64,000 nucleotides of DNA from Lama guanicoe. Its lineage: Eukaryota. Under the pieces are notes generated by a model. That model did no database searches. It saw nothing but the letters and a program-made list of their open reading frames with translations, and was not told the DNA's origin. Position 1 is the stretch's first letter. Each line of letters begins with the position of its first letter. The stretch spans positions 5,529,757 through 5,593,756 of the forward strand of contig MU054187.1 of the NCBI GenBank assembly GCA_013239625.1, read 5' to 3'. Below, in pieces: positions 52,051-64,000 of the stretch. The position numbers were made by a program, and so were the translations under genes.

Positions 52051-53787
52051 TGGATCTTTAAAAATTACCAATATAAGATTTTAAAAATATTCAACGACAG
52101 AACAAAAATAAGTTGCTTTCTACATAGTAAGAAAGGCTCCTTTCTTCCTCACTACAGAAAGGCTCCGAACTGCCTTCTTTCTCTCAAGACAGAGAATACT
52201 AGGTTTTTAAACAGAGGAAGATAGTTTTAGATTCTTGACAAAGGCTGAAATAGATGAAAGGGAAAAGTAGCAGGCAGATGTAAAGGAGAAGTGCAGGGAA
52301 ATAGAAGAAGTGAAAATGAAAAAGAGAAGAAAAAAAAGAAGTTACTTCTAAGTTCCAACCAAACCTGACTCAATTCTGGGATGTTTACAATAATGATGAC
52401 TAAGCCTTTTAATATATGCCCCTGTGGAGCCAAGATTCACATAGAGCAGCATTTAATTTAGCAAGTGGGGAAATGCTGCAATCTGGACAGACACATACCA
52501 AGTTATCTCAGACAAATGCATTTCCACACATGAAATTGGAATAAATCTATTTTAATGAAGGTTTCAATTGTCCTTTTCTAGATTAAACCATATGTAATTT
52601 AAAGAGTTGAGATGTACTTCATTTTAAAACATCTTAAAAATCTCCATCAGGCAACTCCCTAAGGTATCACATCCTTTCTGAGCCCCCCAAGTGAAGTGCT
52701 ATTCAAATTAGTCCTCAAGCTGTTCAAACCAGGAGCCGTGGCTGAAAGTAACACACTTGGAGAAGGAGATGGCGTGTTTTTAAAGTTCCTTAAATTTTAG
52801 TGATAATCCTGACAAAATGGGTTAAAAAGTGAAATCTGAATGACTCGAAGTTTAGATTAACCAACGAACCCTCTAATCCTGAGGGCAAGTCAAGATTGCT
52901 GGGAAAAGAGATATTTCTTCTTCAAATCTGGTGGTTGCTGTAATCAGCCTTCCTGAAAGTGATCCTCAGGGAAAGAGTATCATTCTTGTGCGTAACACCC
53001 TTTCACTCCAGGATGCGCTGCTTGATTTGAATTAACTTCGAACTGGCCCCGTAACCATTGCCATCTCCCTCTCCCCCATCTAGATTCTGCCTTAATTCTG
53101 TAATCAGAATATTCAAATGATAGTATTCTCAGCTTACAATTATTTTCCCCAAAGCTCTGACATCTGGGAAATAGTTGCCACTACCTCCTTTTAACTAACG
53201 GAGAAATTGTTACGTCGGAGTGATCCTTCTGACTTGGGCATCCGGACACTTAGTTCTCGCTGTCTTGCTAACTTTCAGAGGTGAGTCACTTAACCTCTCT
53301 GGCCCTCTTCTCAGAGTGAAGGGGTGGACTCGCCCGTCTCCCAGGTCCTGTCCTGCTCAGTCATCCTATGATTCTGTAATGTACTTGCTAAGTGCTTTGC
53401 CTAATCACACAATTACCCAGTGGTCTTCCTGAACTGGAAGTGGGTGATCACTTGGCAGGGGCATTGTAGAGGTTATTCGCGAATTAGCTGGAGGTCAGAT
53501 TATAGCCTCCGAAGTCACTTCTTGCTCTGCCTCTGTGCTGGCTCCTGGGTCGGCTGACTCCTGGCTCAGTGCACTGTCCATCAGAAGGACATTACCTCTT
53601 CTTGGAAGCAGCCAATTTCTAGTTCATTAACAGAGAGAGTGCAGGCATTAAAAGCAGGCTGTGTGAGTGAGCGATAAATATAAACCATTACCAACTTGTC
53701 CTCATACTAAAATAATCGCATACTGAGTTCCCCATCTCATTGTAAAATAACTCCTTGAGAAATGGAGAAAACAGAGGCATCATTTTG

Positions 53788-53820
53788 GCGCCCCCAAGTG
53801 GGGAACTATGATGCTGCAGT
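53788..53820 (-). promoter_or_regulatory. CTCF binding motif with upstream (ZF9-11) module
   Basis: The minus strand reads TGCAG-catcatagttcc-CCACTTGGGGGCGC. The core differs from CCACTAGGGGGCGC at one position, and TGCAG lies 12 nt upstream. Confidence 0.6.
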
Positions 53821-54339
53821 TAAATTACACCTTTGTAAGGAAGTTCGGGGCATCTGCAACCACTGGGATGGACCTGTTGGCCCTCTTGTACTGTTCACAC
53901 CTGTCTCTGTTCTACAAGGTCATCTAGAGGTTTTCAGTCTCAGCCTAGACAGCTTACAGTCATCTACAAATACAGAGGCCATTGTGACTCTCCCCTGGTG
54001 GCTGTGATCTTTTCAGGGATTCCAGCTAGTGTGTGTATGTTCCAAAAGGTCCAAGCTGCTCTGAGGTCCCCCAAATATTCATCTGAGCCTATATGTATTG
54101 AGTGCTGGAGCTGTTTAGCCCTCCTTGCACTCAGAATAATGGGAAGATAGAACATTATCTCTCAAAACAATAAAGCCCCAATCCATCTCCTGGTTTCTGT
54201 TGCTTGCCTCCCAGAGGTAGAGATTCTCAGCTAGAGCTATATCACAAACCCCTGGGCTCATTTTGCTAGAAGATGGAGAGGAATGCAGTTGAGCACAGAT
54301 TCAGGGGGAGAATGTGTGGGCAAAATGTTATATAGAAAG

Positions 54340-55170
54340 TGCTCATTTATTCCCCAAATACTTCTCATATACTTATCACGTATCAGACAGAATATTAGAT
54401 TCTGGGAATTGCATAATAAATGAAACTGATAGTGTCTCTGCCCTCAGCTATCTAATGTTCTAGAGAGGACTGTAGATTTTAAGAAATGAATAAAATTAGA
54501 AGTGAAATAATGGAAAGCTATAATAGGTACCACAGAGAGAAGCGGGGACCAGATCAGAAAGTTCTTTGCAAGCCGGGGCAGAAAGCACAGCTGTTATTCT
54601 AACAGCACTAGAAAACCGGAAGGATTTTAAGCAGAAAAAAAAAAAGATTTTTTTTTAACATCTCTTTTCTTCCATGTGGAGAATGAATTGGAAAGAAGCA
54701 GCAGTGAAAGCCGAGAGAGTTGGTGGCAAGCTGCCGGTAAAAGAACGTGGTGACCTGGGCTCAGGTAGGAGCAGTGAAGATGGAGGGAAAAAGGAAGGTG
54801 ATTCAACATGTTTTGAGAGACGATTGATAGAACTTCGTGAAGGATTGAACGTGAGAGGCGAGAAAAAGATTTCTGGCCTAATTCAGTGAGAGGTGCCCCC
54901 ACACACTGTGATGGAGGAAGCTGATACTGTGATGGGGGAAGCTGACCAGCCACATGTTAGCTTGGAGATGTCTGTGAGATAGAGAAATAGATCAAGTATG
55001 CTGTCTAATATGAAAGGAGAAGTCCATAGGAGGGGTCTGAACAGGAGATATGAATTAGGGAGGAGTACACGTGAGGATGCTTTTTAAAATCACTGAATAT
55101 AACTGAGATCACAAAGGTAATGTGGAGAAGAAGAGAAGGGCCCGAGACCTCTCCCCATGTGGTTGGGAGG
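54340..55170 (-). mobile_element. L2 LINE fragment
   Basis: Antisense L2 3' end 'ctcatttattccccaaatacttct...tctctgccctcagctatctaatgttctag' and a purine-rich body. Confidence 0.7.
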
Positions 55171-55302
55171 TTAATTGTAGAGACTGATGGTTAAGCAGGT
55201 CTGGTCTGAACCTAGACTGGATCCTGAGCAGACAGAATCCAAATCTCACCATCATTTTATGACGAAGACATGGTGTGATGGAATCACAAAGGAGACTGAA
55301 CA

Positions 55303-55575
55303 TTCTTCTTTTTTTAACTGAAGTTTAGTTGATTTACAATGTTGTGTTAGTTTCTGGTGTACAGCATAGTGATTCAGTTACACAACTATATATTCTTTTT
55401 CATTATCTGTTATTACAAGATGCTGATACTGTATTTCCCCATGCTATACAGTAGGACCTTGTTGTTTATCTATTTTAGGTATAGTAGTTTGTATCTGCTA
55501 ATCCCAAACTCCTAATTTATCCCTCCCCTGCCTTTCCTCCTTTGGTGACCATAAGTTTGTTTTTCACATCTTTGA
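55303..55575 (-). mobile_element. Cetartiodactyl L1 3' end
   Basis: 'tgaagtttagttgatttacaatgttgtgttagtttctggtgtacagcatagtgattcag...cagtaggaccttgttgtttatctatttt'. Confidence 0.9.
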
Positions 55576-55580
55576 AGAAC

Positions 55581-55646
55581 CCCAGAAATTAACACAACAT
55601 TGTGAATCAACTATGCTTCAATAAAAAAATAACAAAATAAAATAAA
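55581..55646 (+). mobile_element. Very short L1 3' terminus with A tail
   Basis: 'ccagaaattaacacaacattgtgaatcaactatgcttcaataaaaaaataacaaaataaaataa'. Confidence 0.8.
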
Positions 55647-56550
55647 CAACTGCTTAAGGAATGACTAATGTCAGAGTTAGCAGGCTGGCCATGGCCACAA
55701 TTGCTCTCCTGGAGACCTGGTGATTGTACAATGAAGGGTTTATCCTACCTGGGTCTTACGAAATGTAAATATTGAATTTTTCAAGTGCAGCGGAGAATCA
55801 CTCATATGTTGAATGAGCATTGGTTGTGTGTCAGCTGCTTCCTAGGTCCCGGGAACGGGGAGATTCGGAAGGAAGGCCCTCCGCTGGGCGAGCTCACGAT
55901 CTAACGGGCAGGCAGGGCGGGTGGGGGCCCTGGGAGGGTTTTCCTTCATATCCACGTGAATTAATATCGAGGCTGTGATAGGACCGCCCAGGCTGGCTTT
56001 GTGTAAAATGAGCTACAAGACTAGCAGAAGTAGATTTGACAAAAAGCTAATAAGCAAAGGCAGACACCCTCGAAAATTTACTGCAAAAACAGGGCAGCTC
56101 TTTTCAACAAGAACTAATAAAAGCAAAACTCCAACATTAAAAAAAGAAATTTTCCATATCCCATGGTTGCAGATTTTTATTTAAGATTTTGCTCCCACTA
56201 TATATCCAACTATAATGGCTTCACTCTAGCCATTACATCCAATCCCAACACCCCGAGGTGCTTTTCACACTATAAAGTGTCTTCCTGCATTATTAGAGTA
56301 AATTAGTTAGCAAAAGAGTGGGATGTTAATCCCGTAAAGGTCACATCGTCTTGATTACAAGGAGCCAATAAAATGGAATTCTTGTCTTTAATAGTTGAAT
56401 GTCACAAGAGGGAAAACAGAGAGCTTTATGCTTTGCTCTGTAATGGAGAGGGGTTTTTTTTGTTTGTTTTTTTTTTTGCTGTTGTTATTCTCAGAATTAT
56501 ATTCCTCAAAGTGTTGTCCATGTGTGTTTCTCAAGATGACTGAAGCGGCA

Positions 56551-56668
56551 TGGTTATTGGAGGTTGCAGTGTCTGGTTACTGGAGGCTGCACTGTCTAGT
56601 TACTGGAGGTTGCAGTGTCTGGTTACTGGAGGCTGCACTGTCTGGTTACTGGAGGTTGCACTGCCTGG
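56551..56668. repeat. 23-bp minisatellite, ~5 copies
   Basis: Unit tggttactggaggYtgcaStgtc at 56551, 56574, 56597, 56620 and 56643. Confidence 0.95.
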
Positions 56669-57049
56669 GGGACAAAAATCATATAGCCAGCCCCGAGGAG
56701 AACACGTGTCTCTCCCTCATCATGAAATGCTTAACATTGATGTGAATGTTTTTCAGCCTTTTGATGGAGATAAACCTTTTTTCTTTCAATCTGCAGACAA
56801 GGCCACCAAGGAGAAAGAAGTAAACCTTTTGTCCAATACCACAAACTAACAAGAATCTGAGACCAGAGGTGTGGCCATTGCGTTCTGATTCATCGTTGGA
56901 GCCTGGGTCTCGCTGCTTCCAGCTCCCTTCAAGAGTCTTAACTGAAGACAACTTTAGTATATATTTTGATTTGTTGATCTCCAACAAAAACTGAAGGCAA
57001 CTGGATTTTCGGCTCTATCTTAGAAGCAGTTCATGAACATCCTAATTAA

Positions 57050-57290
57050 AATCGCTACATTTAACTAGAACATCTACATGCCAGGCTAAGTTCTAGGTGT
57101 TTAAATATGTTATTTCATTAACCCCCATGACAGTTTTCTGAGGTGCACATGAATACTATCTCTGTTTTAGGGATCTGGCCACAGAGGCAGAGTTGTGCAT
57201 ACACCACCCTGCTAGTCAGCAGTGGGGGCAGGATTTGAACCCAAGCCTGGCCCGGAGAATCTGTGTTCCTCCCCTTTCACTACACTCTGT
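57050..57290 (-). mobile_element. MIR SINE
   Basis: 'catctacatgccaggctaagttctaggtg...atttcattaacccccatgacag...ggcaggatttgaacccaagcctgg'. Confidence 0.75.
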
Positions 57291-57534
57291 GGACCATGTG
57301 CATTATACCCCTGTGTGGGTATGTGTGTCCATACGCCACACTCACCTCTCTAAGCTCAGACAAAAGTAAATAAATGTCAGAAAATTCACAGTTAGGATTA
57401 CAGCACATGTTTAGGCTGTAGTGTAAATGCAAGAAGATCATGAGATGCTTTTCAGAATCAGCAAACGTTGTGACCAGATACTGAGTCTCAGGAAGAAAGT
57501 GATCTGGTGACACAGAGATGGCATTTCTTCTAAC

Positions 57535-57665
57535 GAATGGTGCTGGCTCTGAAATCAGATCTCCGGGGTCCAGAGTCTGCCTCCACCACTTACTGCCTGA
57601 GCGTGGGCGGGTTGTTTCCCATCTCTGCGCCTCGCTTCCTCCATCTGTAAGAGGGAAGAGTCGTA
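57535..57665 (+). mobile_element. MIR SINE
   Basis: 'ggctctgaaatcagatctccggggtccagagtctgcctccaccacttactg...cctcgcttcctccatctgtaa'. Confidence 0.75.
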
Positions 57666-58491
57666 ACAAACTAATGTTTCCTTTGTTGTGTCCTGCACAA
57701 ATTCAATTACATAATTCATTTCAAAACCCTGGTCACTTATAAGGAGAATAAAGACTGTTAATAATTAGCAGCCAAGAAAGAGGTACAAGTGGAAACTGCC
57801 CCAGCAAACTGAGAGGCAGAGTTATGACTGCCACACAAGCTAATGACAAGGAAAGACATCCTTGCTTCACCCGTGAGCAAGCTAAAGCATTAACATGATG
57901 CAAGGATCTTTCAAAAGGTGTGGACGGGACCAGGATGTCCGTGAGTGTGAGACGTGCCGAGGTGGGTGTCCCCAAACGTGGACACTGAGTTCAGTTTCTC
58001 GTAACAAGTGTAAGCTCCTTGGCAACTTACTAACACCTTCTGGGTAATGTGCTTCCGTCTCCCCAAGGAATGGGCAGAAATATCTGATCTCCAGAATCCT
58101 GCAGAGCCCTGATCGTATAAGATTTTTCCTGCCAAGATAGTCAGAGATTTAACAAACCTTTTTATGATACCGTCTACATAGATTACCTCTCTTCTCAGCT
58201 CTCTCAGGTCTTTGTTTAACCAATAGTGGCTTTTCCACTATTTCTACATACACGCATTCCTGAAGGGAAAAAAGAAACACCTCATGTTCTGCCAAATTAC
58301 ACGTTAAAGATAATACATATTTGAGGGCAGGGAAAATAAGGCCACAGGCAGATGTGCAAACCTATGCAGTGTTGTCACCGGAACATTAACGGAACCAAAA
58401 TAATCCTAATTAAATTCTAACTCAAAAAAAAAAAAGACACATTGAGTTCCCAGTTTAAAATAATATGACAGTAACTATAAGACTTTGTCTA

Positions 58492-58712
58492 TATTTTATT
58501 TTTTTAATTGATGTGTAGTTAACTTACAATGTTAGTTTCAGGTGTACAGCAAAGCAACTCAGTTATATGTATACATACATTGTATATATATTTTTAAGAT
58601 TCTTTTCCATTATATGTTATTACAAGAAATTGAACATAGTTCCCTGTGCTCGACAGCAGGTCCTCGTTGTTTATCTATTTTATGTACAGCCGTGTGTTTG
58701 TGTTAATCCTAG
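58492..58712 (-). mobile_element. Cetartiodactyl L1 3' end
   Basis: 'ttttaattgatgtgtagttaacttacaatgttagtttcaggtgtacagcaaag...atagttccctgtgct...ggtcctcgttgtttatctatttt'. Confidence 0.88.
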
Positions 58713-60649
58713 ATAACGATAGTGCGATTGGAGAGAGTTGTGCAAAGGGGCTCAAGCTTCCCTTTTAAACACAAGGGCAGAAACCCCTACATCAGAGAAA
58801 CCATGTCCTACGCACTTGATGAGAACCTCTGCTGTTGAACTTGGAGATGAGCTGGTCCAATTTGGTGACACAAATCATTAAAATGCTTGGAAAAATTGCT
58901 TATGAACCGACACAATTTCGGCGTTATAATAACATGATTTTCCTATTTACTAATCGAATATGAGCTAATTTGCATTCAAGAAACATGCATTGGAGTGGAA
59001 ACATGTATCTGTGCTGTCCCATTTATTTTTCACATTCCTGCTGAATTCAGTCATTCATTCATTTGTTCATTCCACGTGTGCTGTCAACCTGTAACGTGCA
59101 AGGCACAGTGCTAGGACTCCTGGGAAGCACAAACATGAATCTAAATTATATTAAATTGTTATTTGTTCCAAAGCTTGACTGCCATCTTTAGCAATGAATT
59201 CTCAGGGCGGGATGTGTATCAACCAGAAAGGCTGTGATCGTTTTGACTTGGACCCAGGAGCAGTCTTACCGCCGCAGGTGTAATGTTCTGAAGTGGGCTG
59301 AGGTACCTTTTCTCCTTTTCTTGTTAAAGTCGTTCTCTCAGAAACTGATTTGTTTTGTGCTGCTTTCCATTCACATCACGATCCAATCAAACCACAGAAT
59401 ATAGGAAAGATCAAAGTAGTGCGGCCGAGCCATCTACAGTAATTCATAGAATATATGAGGCATTAAAATTTTCATTCTTCATTCTTGTAAGAAAGACTAT
59501 AAAGGTAACAGAAAATGATGCAGAATATGAATTCATTCCTGAGACAATGATTGTAGCGAGAATGAGGAAAAGCATAAACCAACAGACCTTTATTTTTTTG
59601 GCCTCCGTTTTAAACTCTTTTTGAAAAACAGTTCTTGCCTGTGTCATTCACACTTTTACTTTTATCCTTGGTCTCTTCGGCACCTCTCCTATCTAAATGG
59701 TACATTTGAAAAAAGCCTAGAAAAGTTTTCAAGTATTGGGTTCCTGCATTTTCATCCAAAGCAATTTTACAAGCGTTCCCATAAACGCAAGGAAAAATGT
59801 CCAAGGTTGTGCCTAACAGATCCAGAAACAATTGGTTGAAAAATGAAAACTTCAGTCAAAGAGCAAACAGGAGGGGCAGGAGTCACCGCCACATGAATTT
59901 TCCTCTCCTTGGTATTTTTTTTCTGTTATTAACCATTTTTTTGTAGCATATGCTTTTTAATTCCTCATTTTTTTGTTGATTTACAGCCAAGAAAATGGAA
60001 GTCTTGTTCATTTTCAGAATTTTAGCCAGGAGACTATGGAAGACAAACATTACAGGAAGAAACAAATATACAAAATTGTGTGTCTGAACCAGGGAGTCAA
60101 GTGACGTGATCAAGAAATTCAAATACAACAGTGTTTAAATTTATTTATTTTTCATTCTATGAACAAACTCTCTTTCCACTGAATAGGAAATTCAGGGAGA
60201 AAAATGTTTGTGGCCAACTCATACCATTAATCAAATGTGTAGTAAAGGCAAATGATATTCTAAAAGTAAAGAAACGCTGAGGGTTTTTAGTTTTAATCAA
60301 AAAGTTTCGAAATGAAGGGGGGGCTGATGCCTTACAGGCATTCTCTAGGCCACCCGTGTTGTCATGAACCTCCCGGCCACGTTGGCTGTCCCTTTCACGG
60401 CAGGGGCTGATGGGCAAAGAAGAGGGGCAGATGCAGGGACCGTGGGCAACAGCGGTACCAGGGTGTCCCCAGACCCTGAAGGGCTGAAGTGACCATGAGG
60501 AAGTTGAGGCACTTAGTTTGGGGGGCTGCCGATCCTTTTCTTAGTGGTTTCTTACTGCGATGACAACTTCCTGTGTGATTCCGCAGCCTCCCAGGGCCCT
60601 CTGCGGGCGCAGCCTACTACACCACAAAACTTGACACTGAGAAAGATGG

Positions 60650-61080
60650 CATAAGAGGGGCATGGATTCATGTCAGGTGGATCCGAGCTCATGCTCCAGC
60701 CCCACCACTGACCCACTGTGTGAACTGGGACACATTACCTTGTCTCTCCAGCCACAGTTCCTTCATCTGTAGCATGAGAGTAGTAAGTCTTACTGCACAG
60801 AATTTTTAAGAATGGCATCTGGTAACAACTGTAGAGTGCCCAGTGCAGACTGGGTCCTGGACCAGCCTCTGAAATGTCTTGGGGTTCAAACTCTAGCTCC
60901 ATGACTTAACTACTATTAGACCCGGCCAGTGGTCACTCCACTTCTCAGGGTCCCCTCTGTGAACATAATAAAAGTACTTTCCTCATGGGGTTGAGTTATG
61001 AGTGTTCATTATTTGCTTGTTGGTTGGTTCGCAAAGTGCTTAGAAGAGTGCCTGGCATATAATGAACATTTGTTCTTATT
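60650..61080 (+). mobile_element. Two adjacent MIR SINEs
   Basis: 'cagttccttcatctgtagcatgag', 'ggggttcaaactctagctcc' and 'aaagtgcttagaagagtgcctggcatat'. Confidence 0.7.
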
Positions 61081-61961
61081 TTATCCAATATCCTAAAGGC
61101 CTGACACTCAGCTGCTATACACAATGGGTGATTCTAAGGTAAGACAGTCCTTGCCAATAATAGGCTACACATTAGTCACAAAAGAAAAAAATTGTTCCCA
61201 GGACAAAGGGTTGGTATAGATACGGGGTAAAAGCATGAACATGAAGGTTTGAAGCATTGGTGTGTCAACTGTTGGAGCTGACAAAAGCAAAGTAGGAGAG
61301 GTGGAGATTAACTTGGGTTGGTGAAATTCAGTGGAGAAGCTGGAAGAAAAGAAGGAAATTTCAGAGAAATTGGATACAAAAAGAAAGGAAATCTAGTAAG
61401 TTGTTACTACAGATCAGGCACTCAGTGAGACGTCCGTGTAGCTCACAAATATTTCCAGAAAAACTGCTCTGCACTCAGGAACAAGAGAGCTGTGCTGGGA
61501 GACAGGAATTCAAAACACTGGCATACTAGGGGGCAGGGACCATGGAGAGGTGTGTCCCAGCAAGGAAAAACACATAATTAATCACATTGTGCGTAACGTA
61601 CATCATAATAATAAATAGCTGACTAGTGCAGCTTACAGATTCTCTACAGACAATTCGCCTAGTACCAAGCACAGACTGCATTCATTGCCTTCCCTGAGTC
61701 CTCCACTGACACAGGTGAGATGCACCAGTCTGCAAGGACGTGCCGTGTAATGAGAAACCATTCAGGCGAAACAGTCATAAACATTAAAGAGGAGCCACAC
61801 CTTCTATTAATTATTCAAATAAATTCCAGTTGGTGTAAGTATTTAAGTATACAAAATAAAATTACTTTAAAATCAAAAATCAAAACCCAAAATCAAGGCA
61901 ACAGGTAAATTTTTACCTTAACTTGAATGTTAGGCAGAATGTTCTCTTTAAGAACTAATGG

Positions 61962-62095
61962 TAAGATTGCCAGATTTAGCAAATAAAGACACATAACACC
62001 AGTTAATTTGAATTTCAGATGAACAATGGGAAATTTTTTAGTAGAATATTATCCCAAATATTGCATGGATATACTTAAAGTTATTTTAACTAACA
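61962..62095. mobile_element. MER53-like hAT MITE
   Basis: 'gattgccagatttagcaaataaa...accagttaatttgaatttcagatgaacaatg...cccaaatattgcatgga'. Confidence 0.8.
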
Positions 62096-62399
62096 GGCAC
62101 TTTCCACCAATCCTGCCAAATATACAAGTGACATCTGCAAGTGAAAAGAGCAAATGAAAACAAAATGGAACTTTTCTAAACTACCAGAAATATAAAACAA
62201 ATTCCAAGTGACCATGCTAGAGGTTTCCATTTTTTTGTTGTTCTTCTATACTGAAATTACAATACAAAGTATTTACTTAATATTGATTTAAAGGCATACA
62301 TCAAAAAAATTCAGACAATTCTTTTTAACATTCATTTATTTTGTGGTGTTTGCAGTTATAAGTTTGTGGAAAAGTATAATTGGCTGGAATTTTTCTTAT

Positions 62400-62498
62400 T
62401 TTAAATAATTACCAATTTTCATAACCTATTTTATGTTTTTAAGAGATATCTCCAAATCGTATGAACTTCAGGCCCCACAAAATCTGGATCTAACTCTG
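62400..62498. mobile_element. hAT (Tip100-type) MITE terminus
   Basis: 'aaatcgtatgaacttcaggccccacaaaatctggatctaactctg' resembles a mammalian hAT-Tip100 MITE end. The exact family is uncertain. Confidence 0.5.
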
Positions 62499-62599
62499 GA
62501 AACAGTAATAAACACAACTGATTTTTTTAAGAAAAGAAGAAATCATTGCATGAAGCTGAAATTCCAGTATGGGAACCAACCAATAAATAAATCCCATAA

Positions 62600-64000
62600 A
62601 TAAGGTAAATAGTGTGTGGGATGGTGATAAATGCTGTAGAGAAAAAGGCAGTAAGAAAGGAGAGTGAGGGGTGCCGGGGTGGGATTAATGTTCAATTCTA
62701 AATAGGATAGTCTCAATGAAGCCCTCAGAAGGAGAGAACATTTGAGCAAAGTCTTGAAAAAGGTGAGGGAGTGACCCCATTGGATATCTGGGGAAAGAGG
62801 GAGCCATGGGTAGAAAATCCCTGAGCCTGGGGTATGACTGAGGAACAGCCCTGTTGAGGCCAGTGTGATAAGAGCACAACAGACAAGGTTAGAGAGGAGA
62901 GAAGCCTTGTAGGGCTATGGTTTTTAGTGAAAACGAGATGGCAAATAAATTGGAAGATTTTGAACAAAGGAGTCTGATGTGCTGATGTGGATTTAAAAGG
63001 ACTCCTCCAGCTGCCCGAGTATATGGAGGCAAGATCAGGAAGGCTACTCAGGAGGCAACTGATTCATTCAAGAGATGCCAATGATTTGTCAGAGTCATGA
63101 GAAGTGGTCAGATCTGGGATCTATTTTTTTTTCAGAGGGATTTATTTTTAAAGCAATGGTGGTAGATTTGGTAGATGAGATGATATATAATATGAGAAGA
63201 AAAAAAGAATCAAGGATGATAGTGTGGTTATTGATATGAGCAAAGGGAAAGATGGAGTTGCCATTTACTGGGATCAGAAAGACTTCAGGAGAAGCAAGTT
63301 TTGAGCAAAGGTTAAAACCACTCATTTCGAGACGTCAGACACCCAAATAAGACAGCAAGTCAGTATTTGACTAAGTGAGCTTGGAATTCAGGGAGAAAGT
63401 CTAGATTGAAGATATACATTTGTAATTCATTGACATAGAAAGCTATGAAGCTAAGAGAGCTCTCCAGGGGTAAGTGTAGAGAGAAAAATAACCCATGGAC
63501 TGACCACGGGCACTGGAAGGGCTTGGGGAGATGATGAAGAAACCACAAAGAAGGTGAAGAAGGAGCTCCTGGTGAGGCAGGAGAAAAACCAGGAGAGCAT
63601 TGTCCCGGAAGCCCAGTAAAGAGAATGTTTCAAAGAGGAAAGAGACACTAACTTAGTTAGATGATGCTGAGAATCGGGTCAGCTAAGGATTGACTACTGA
63701 ACTTAGTTTGGCAAAATAGAAGCCACTGGTAGCTTTCTTGAAAGTAGCTCTGGTGCAGTTGAGAGGGAGAAGGCTTCATCTGATTGATTTCAAAGGAGAA
63801 CAGGAGGAGAGGAATTGAAGAGAATGAGTACAGACAACTTAAGGAGGTTTGCTGTAAAAAGGAGGAGAAATGGGGCTCTAAGTGGATGGAGAAGTGGAGT
63901 AAGTCAGATTTTTTTTTTTTAAGAAATGAAACAGCAAAAATGTTTGTTTTTTGTGAAAAGGGTCCATTAGGAAGAGAGAGAGAAACTGATGATGAAAGAG
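62600..64000 (-). mobile_element. L2 LINE (continues past window end)
   Basis: Purine-rich antisense L2 tracts 'ggaaagatggagttgccatttactg', 'ttggaattcagggagaaagtctag' and 'aaccaggagagcattgtcccggaagcc'. Confidence 0.85.

Noticed and set aside
56395..56849. ORFs with repeated peptides, or a CRISPR-like array
   Set aside because: Both are explained by a spacer-less 23-bp tandem repeat in a mammalian genome.
59355..59839. Cluster of ORFs on both strands, one hydrophobic
   Set aside because: No recognisable family or splice structure. Consistent with chance ORFs in AT-rich DNA.

Overview
Mammalian, AT-rich, repeat-dense genomic DNA, most likely from a camelid (camel, alpaca or llama). That assignment rests on two tRNA-derived SINEs resembling the camelid Vic-1 family and on young cetartiodactyl-type L1 3' ends. 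I could not recognise any host protein-coding exon, so the window looks intergenic or deep intronic. The ORF track is largely noise, and the only clearly identifiable ORF is the C-terminus of L1 ORF2p at 49149-49616. Most of the sequence is decayed L1, L2, MIR, MaLR LTR and hAT/Tigger DNA-transposon material. Notable items: (i) an ERV 3' transcript retroposed by L1 machinery, with poly(A), an 18-bp TSD and no U5, at 23.4-24.0 kb; (ii) a ~330-bp mini-L1 joining the L1 5' end directly to the L1 3' end inside one TSD, possibly a spliced L1 retrocopy, at 44.9-45.3 kb; (iii) a three-level nest (Tigger MITE in L1 in an hAT/Cheshire-like transposase) at 31.1-37.5 kb; (iv) an unexplained, CpG-enriched ~650-bp segment at 6.45-7.1 kb with weak, by-eye similarity to bornavirus glycoprotein; (v) an orphan CpG island at ~51.2 kb and a CTCF motif with its upstream module at 53.8 kb; (vi) a 23-bp minisatellite with a dimeric pattern. 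Repeat family names come from recalled consensus sequences. Boundaries are approximate unless a TSD is given.
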